Part shown: positions 57,121 to 64,000 of the stretch, piece by piece
How positions within the stretch are numbered: position 1 is the stretch's first letter
How the letters are laid out: every line of letters begins with the position of its first letter
Assembly (NCBI RefSeq): GCF_964355755.1
Contig: NC_092678.1
Span: 18,617,365-18,681,364, forward strand
Length of the DNA: 64,000 nt
Direction: 5' to 3'
DNA from: Antedon mediterranea
Lineage: Eukaryota; Animalia; Echinodermata
Translations under genes and position numbers: made by a program
The notes under the pieces: model-generated
Databases searched by the model: none
What the model saw: only the letters and a program-made list of their open reading frames with translations
What the model was told of the DNA's origin: nothing

Positions 57121-59821
57121 TTACTCATCTCATCTATCGTCCTCTTCATCAACATGGTCATGTTCGTATTAATCATTCGAGGACTGACTTGCCAAGTAAA
57201 GAAAATATAATATTATTATTATATTATATTTATAATCAATAACAGTAAGTTTCAATGTGAATTGAAATTACTTGAGAACGGTCTCACATGAAATATGCCT
57301 ACAATAAAATATTAATTAGGTTTAACAATAATTATTTGGCTACAATACAGATTTTTCCGGATGTTTGTTTATATTATAATTATAAAAAATCAATGTCAGA
57401 AGCTTGTCGTTGGAAGATACGATTAAAAACAATGTTGGTCGCTATTTAGCGTTACTTTACCTATCCAGGTGTATTTTTAACGAAGTTATTTAGGTGACTT
57501 GTAGTGAAAGAAATTGTAGTTTAAAACAAATATTTGTTATTGGTAATTCCGTATCGGCGGATTAACATTGATATTTAATATAAATATGTTTATCTTTAAT
57601 CAGGAAGATCATTCGTCAAAATGATAAATCAACATTTTTATTTTTATTTATTTGGTTTTTCCTTTAAGTGTGTAATGATTGCATAATAATTATGAAACTT
57701 TGTTATTATTTCTTTAAATAAAGGAGACATTGAAGTAATTAGTATTTAAAAAAAAAACCTTTAAAAAAAATATATATATTTAAAATAACAGTATTTTGCA
57801 AGAACATGTGTCGAAAATTTGCATAAAATATAAAAAAAATATATCTACAAAAAAATAAACTAAATTATCATTTGTATTAAAAACACCATCATTCACTGTT
57901 TAGAATACACATATAATAATTATTGAATGTTTACGAAATAAATGAGGAGAATATTTTCATTATAGGGAAAGATTATATTAGGTGGAGCCGACTTAAATAG
58001 AGTCAACTTTTATAAATAAAAGTATTCTTGTCATTCAACAAATACAAGCTATTTATTTGTTTTATAACACACCTACTTTTCTAAAACGTATTAAAAAATA
58101 ATCTAGTCGCTTCTATCGTCAAACGAATGCCGAATTCTAGGCCATTCAACAATTCCGCAGCCTACGTTTTTACACGCTGTTTAGTAATGATTTGATGACG
58201 CATTATTCACAAGCCTATCGTGTCGAACATCTTAAAGACTCATTCCCTACAGTTTGTGACGTTTTGTAGAAAAAAATAATGCATATAGGACTATATTACT
58301 TAACACATTAAACCAGGTTATTCCTTGTCTTAAATGTACGTTTTATGGTAAATTATGATAAAAAGAGAGAAACGATGCACTACCTAATTAGCTCGCGTTG
58401 AATGTCCGCACGTGGGCGGTCGTTAGGCCTTAGCTAGGCTTAGTTTTTTAGGCCTAGCTGGTAAACATCGGTAACGTACGAACATCGTACACGAGCTATA
58501 TGCCTAACCTGTCCTAACATTGTATAGTTGCTGAATTAATTGTGTTTCTGTTTTTGCCAGACTCCGTTGTTAAAACAAATTGGGGAAACCCGGTATTTCG
58601 CTGAAAAGTTAGGAGTCTTCCATTTATCTTGATCAAAAAATGGGTGAATTACAGAAAAAACAGAAATATCAATCCGCGCGCAATGCATGTGATTTATAGC
58701 GTGCCACTAAAATTATTAGAATCGACTTATTTTTCACATTTTTAACCGTTTAAAGACGAGCAAAGTTATCTGAATAGGACCATAATTGTGTTTATTTTTA
58801 CATTAATGTAGTCTGTGACCTTAAATTAGATCTAAAAAACGTAAAGAACGGGTCTTTAATAGAACCATCGATTAAAATGTTGCCATTCTGTAGTAAGTAA
58901 TAATTACGCCCCATGGTACAAGTAGCAAGGCTGTTATAAAACTGTTTGACTTTTAATAATAATAATATGGATAGCGTAGCTTTAATATTAATGTCATTTG
59001 ATGTTTGATATTTTCCCTTTTTTTACTTTACAAACATTGAAAACAATTTAATAATGTGAATTGCCGAAACAGCTTCACATAACATATTTAAATATATTAT
59101 AACAAGTATATTCAATTTTAAATAAATATGATATTTAAAATCAAATAATTATTAGGTTTAACTATAACGATCAAGATATAAATACAGGTTTTATTTTCCG
59201 GATGTTAGTTTAAATGATGACACGTCATAATCATAATAATCAACCTCCGTGAGCAACCACCTCCCGTAAGCGGCCACCTCACTTCCAAAAGCCCGTTTGT
59301 TTTCATATCTAATTAGTGCATTTCAAAAAATTCGTATTGACATTTTTTTGAAAAAAACAAATACAATTTTGATACTTATTGTGCTTTATATATTAGCTTT
59401 ATTTGGAAGCAGTTTTAAAAACATTTCTGTAAAGAACATTCCTGTGTTTTTATGAGATGATAAAACTACACAGATTTCGAACAACCATTTTCTTATGATA
59501 AATACGTTTAGAATTTGTCTCGAAATCATAAATAATACTAAACGACCTGATCATAAATAATTAAATACAATTAGCTGGAGAATTTAGAAGCCCGTTGTGT
59601 TAAGAACGAAAATATCGTTAATAGTCATAATATATTCATATAATATTTAATTGTTTATGATTGGAGGTGGTTTAGTATTATTTATGATTTTCAGACAAGC
59701 GGCCACTTTTCCCGGTCTTTTGAAAGCTAAAAGATAATTAAGAGATGTAAATTGTGACGGAACGGTTTAAAGTAATTGCTTAGATAGGATAATAATTATC
59801 ATGATAAGATTTGTCTGATAT

Positions 59822-60145
59822 TTCAGTGTTGCCTATAGAGGGGCAAATATTTGGAACCGTTTACCTGAAAACATAAAGTGTGAAACTAAAATCGGAAAAT
59901 TTAAAAAGGAAATACAACAACTATTAATAAATAAATACTCACTCATGTAGAGTTCACTTTTGTTACTTTTACTTTTTATTTCTATTTGTACTTTTATTGT
60001 TTTATTTGCTAATTAGATATCTGTATTATAGGGTAATGCGTTTAAGAGCTTCGGCTCATTGCATACCCGTTTTGTATCAAATAAGTTTATAGAAATATTC
60101 TTGTGAAAGAAATACTGTATTATTTTGTTGTTGATACAAATAAAT
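59822..60145 (+). mobile_element. Extreme 3' end of a CR1/L2-group LINE
   Basis: FSVAYRGANIWNRLPENIK..IGKFKKEIQQLL* plus a T-rich 3'UTR with a GGGTAATGC/GCATACCC hairpin. Confidence 0.7.
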
Positions 60146-60799
60146 GGTACGTATATAGTACCGCGAATGATGAAATTACTCTCCTGCTTTTGTAAATACT
60201 TTTATATACAGCTATAATATTGAATGCTTGTTTTAACATAAAATGTTTCCCCAAAACATTTATGAGTTCTAACATTCTTCTGTTCAGAAGCCGAGTTGAC
60301 TCAACTTTTAAAGAATGAAAATTCTCTCCCTTCGAATATTATTAACTAAATATTATTATACACTTGTTTGTTTTATAACATACCTACTATTCTAAAATAA
60401 ACTTTTTTACAATTGCGCAACTTCCATCTTTAATCGAAGTTCAGTCTATTAAAATATTTGTCACTTAAATGTTGGCCTCTGAATAGAGCATGACGGCGCA
60501 CACTACATAATGGTTTTCGGTCACGTGTACTTTTCACCAGCATACAGTACCACATCACATACGATTCTCAAAATGCTACCTTTTAGCTTGTACTATTCCT
60601 GTGCAACCATTAATTAACCCTACCGTGCAATAAATATACACAAAATGAATATCAACAAATTAAATTGGTGGAATATAGGTGGGTTATGAAATATTGATAA
60701 TTTTTAACTTAAAAAATACAGTAATTGTCTGATTAATATTTTGTTATCAGATTCAATAATTCGTGTGTTTTCCGACGTTTATAAAAATAATATGGAACG

Positions 60800-61021
60800 C
60801 CCTAGCCACAAGCGGTGTTGTGTATAGTTGATAGTGTGTTTCCCTACTCTACCGAAAGATTTACTGGATTCTTTAAAATGCACACGATCCAGATGTGTAC
60901 AGTGGACCTTATTCGAAAATACTAGTTCTACCACCAGAACAATGGTCGAGGAGTTACTCGAACCTGTGCCGATTGTATATCTGTGGTTTGCGGCGGCGCC
61001 CCTGCCATAACCGCTCGGCCA
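60800..61021 (-). mobile_element. tRNA-derived SINE
   Basis: Minus strand TGGCCGAGCGG (box A) ... GGTTCGAG (box B). Confidence 0.55.
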
Positions 61022-63109
61022 CTCATTGAGAAATGTTCGCGTAATTAGAAAAGGTGCAATATCTTTGTTTACAATTCAAAATGTGTGGGTTTCTTTTTTT
61101 TATAAGTTATCATTGTTAAATATCTATTAAAATAAAAATAGACAGGAATCATTTATATGCCAATTTAATTGTAGTAAAGGTATATGAAACAAAAAGTAAT
61201 GCGTCGAAAATTGATGTGTTTTTTTAACACTGTTTTTTTAACCATTGGGTTATAATTGTCCACCGCTTTGCTGAAGTTGTAAGAAATACAACATAGAAAT
61301 GTTTTTTACATTTAATTTGTCAAATATGTAAACAACTTGATATATTTGTATGTTTTTTTTTATTCACACATGCATGTAAACGATAATTAATTAAACTCTT
61401 AGCTCCTTCACTATGTAGGCCTATTTACACAACTGATGCTAACCCTAGCTCTAGGCCTACTCTTCTTAATTGAAAAAGTTGCATCTTTTTTGGGGGGGGG
61501 GGGGGGGCGGGGGGGGGCGGAATTAAGGCGGATGGCTAGGTAGGCGTAGGTATACTTATTTATTACTTTAAAATTATTCGTTGTTGAAACTAATCGAATC
61601 GGTTTTTAAAATCACTCAGTTCTATATGTAATACAGTCCTCAAGGAAGATTCATTGGCTATTATACAAATAATAATTGGCAGTTGCGTTGTTAACCTGTT
61701 ATGTAAAAAAACAACAATTTATATTAAGATTTACGTGTAGTTTGCTATATAACTTTAGCATAAAATTTAACAGAAACGTCAATACTAGTTTTCATTAACT
61801 TTTATTTTAAAAACTTATATACATATATGGCCTTGTTACACTACCATATAATAGCACCAATAGTCATTCAGCCTACGAAATGTTGTTATTTGAAATATAA
61901 TTTATCACACCAATTATACTAGTTACAATAGCCTGGGACAAATGGAGCATTATTCGATTTATTATTTAGTTTTTGTGATAAACAATGTGTCATTCATGAA
62001 ACCACAGTAGAAGGTCAGCAGGATATCTAACTTTTCTATAGGGGTATAAAATCTTTTTTTATAATAATGTGTACATTAAGTACTATATGTAAACATACTC
62101 TATTTATTTTACCCTGTTACCCAATAAAAATGATTGGTTCCCACTAGATTCGCAAAACAATGACGTAAGCGCAATGTAAATGTTTTGACCAATGACAAGC
62201 GATGGAGTATTTAAATGTCATATTGGTCAACTCGTGTGCGTCTACGCCTTAATTAGTAATTTTAGGGAAAAAAAATTCCGAATATGTGATATTATTTATG
62301 ATTTATATTTCTGTTTCTTTCAAATCGGTGCCTAATTTTCTTTTTACAAAAAACACCAGAAAACAAATTACGTTGGATCTGTTGTATCGGTTGGAATGGG
62401 GACGATACTCACTTATCTATCTGTTTGTGTAAATGGCCTAACGATTTACTGTGATTATACGATTTATTTTTCTACTGTAGCAATATTTCGACCATGGAAC
62501 AACAGGATATTCCAATGAATACTAAGCACTCTACAAACAATAGGTCTTTAACTGTATATGTATTTAACACACCCTAAAGATTAGGACGTGAAATATGTTT
62601 AGGCCGATAGCATAGTATTCAATATAGGCCTTAAGTTTGTATGATAAATTAATATTTTTTTGATTCAATGATTTATTTAGTCCTTAGGCTAGGAGTTCGA
62701 ATGTATTTTGTAATGATAAAATTAATATTATTGTTATTGTTTCAATGATTTATTTTACTCTTAATTATTAGCCTGGGAGTTCGAATTTATTTTGTAATGA
62801 TAAATTAATAATTATATTTGTATTTTTTGAATGATTTATTTTAATCTTAATTATCAGCATAACATAACAAGTCTTGGTTTCTGTCATAGAGCCAATTTTT
62901 AGAACTTTAGAACTATTTTGTTTAATGTCACGTTTCATTTTCTTAACATTTTCTGTATTTGTGTTATCGATAAGGTATATAATATATTGCACAGGAGAAG
63001 AAGAAGAAAAAATAATTGTTAATACAATTTCTAAAACTATATTATCTGTCTAAAATAATATCATCTGTTTTATTCATTACATTCGACTATAACGGGGACA
63101 GTTTTAGTT

Positions 63110-63310
63110 TTTTGGACTCATTTTAAGACAAGTTTCTCCTTCGGAAGTAGGCCTAACTCCCAGTGTGCTGATTTTAGTTGACTACATTAATCATCGTGTC
63201 TATTTATTCGTTTCTGAAAACGACAATGTATTTATAGTCCTGCGGTACGTACATTTGAAATCGCCAGTTTTTTTACGCTGAAATTACTGTGTATTCGTGA
63301 ACCATCTAGT
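63110..63310 (+). mobile_element. 3' fragment of the same Helitron-like family, lacking the hairpin
   Basis: Matches ~10810-11000 and then jumps to ACCATCTAGT. Confidence 0.65.
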
Positions 63311-64000
63311 CATGTAAATTAATAATAAAATACAAATAGCGAACGTAAGTAGTAATATACAGATTCGATAGTACATGATTTTTGATGCTATACTTTATTT
63401 GTTCGACCATTCCTTTCTGTAACTCAACTCCATAGGCCATTGTGTTGACAACGACAATCCAAGCTTAAAGCACGCATGGCGTTCCATACAAATAACGATA
63501 CAGTATTAAACTGGCGGCCGCTTTGGTTGGCGGCCGCTTCGACCATCTCGCCATGAAGTAACCAAGTTTTATTTTTATATATCTATATACATATATACCC
63601 ATACACATACATACATCATATGTATATAAATAATAATAAGATATTAATCAATTTAAAAAAGTTATAAAATGAGATATACAAACGATACAGCAACCTAGAA
63701 TACATATTCAGATATTTTTTAGGAGAGATCTCCTATTCCATGCTTTACACACGCATTCCTTGCAATATTGATCAAATAATGGTTTTATTGCTCTTCATAA
63801 CATATAGAAATATTTCCCATAATTGACACAAACGCATTAATTTTGTGCTAGTATTTTTTTGGAGATTAGCAGAAAACAAAAAGATAATTTGAAACGGGGT
63901 CATACCTAGGAAGTGGAACTAGGTATTTATCTATTGTTAGGCTAAGGTAAAACATGGATTTTGAATACTAACGTTCAAGGTCAGATTTACATTACAATAA

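Noticed and set aside
55015-64000. Possible fourth paralog or another host gene
   Set aside because: No exon resembling the cluster's conserved motifs was found. I see only AT-rich sequence and repeat fragments, though small exons of an unrelated gene cannot be excluded by eye.

Overview
AT-rich, intron-rich animal genomic DNA. It is probably from an invertebrate deuterostome such as an echinoderm, which is inferred from gene and repeat content. The window holds a tandem array of three complete, same-strand paralogous adhesion GPCR genes: 2149-22168, 25117-43956 and 46098-55014. I reconstructed all 43 coding exons by hand; they have GT-AG boundaries, consistent phases and no stops, giving about 880, 980 and 885 aa. 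Each protein has a signal peptide, a ~188-aa Trp/Cys-containing extracellular module I cannot assign to a named family, a HormR-like segment, a GAIN domain with an intact HL|T GPS site, and an ADGRG-like 7TM. Only the middle gene carries an extra phase 1-1 exon encoding a SUEL/rhamnose-binding-type lectin. The paralogs are a patchwork of exon tracts identical even at synonymous sites (gene-conversion-like) and one strongly diverged exon in the unknown module. Introns are filled with LINE fragments, SINEs, Helentron/Helitron-like and PIF/Harbinger-like MITEs, minisatellites, and Penelope-like remnants with minimal hammerhead-ribozyme motifs. One of these forms a ~190-bp inverted repeat just upstream of the main GAIN exon of gene 3. 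I see no host gene after ~55 kb.
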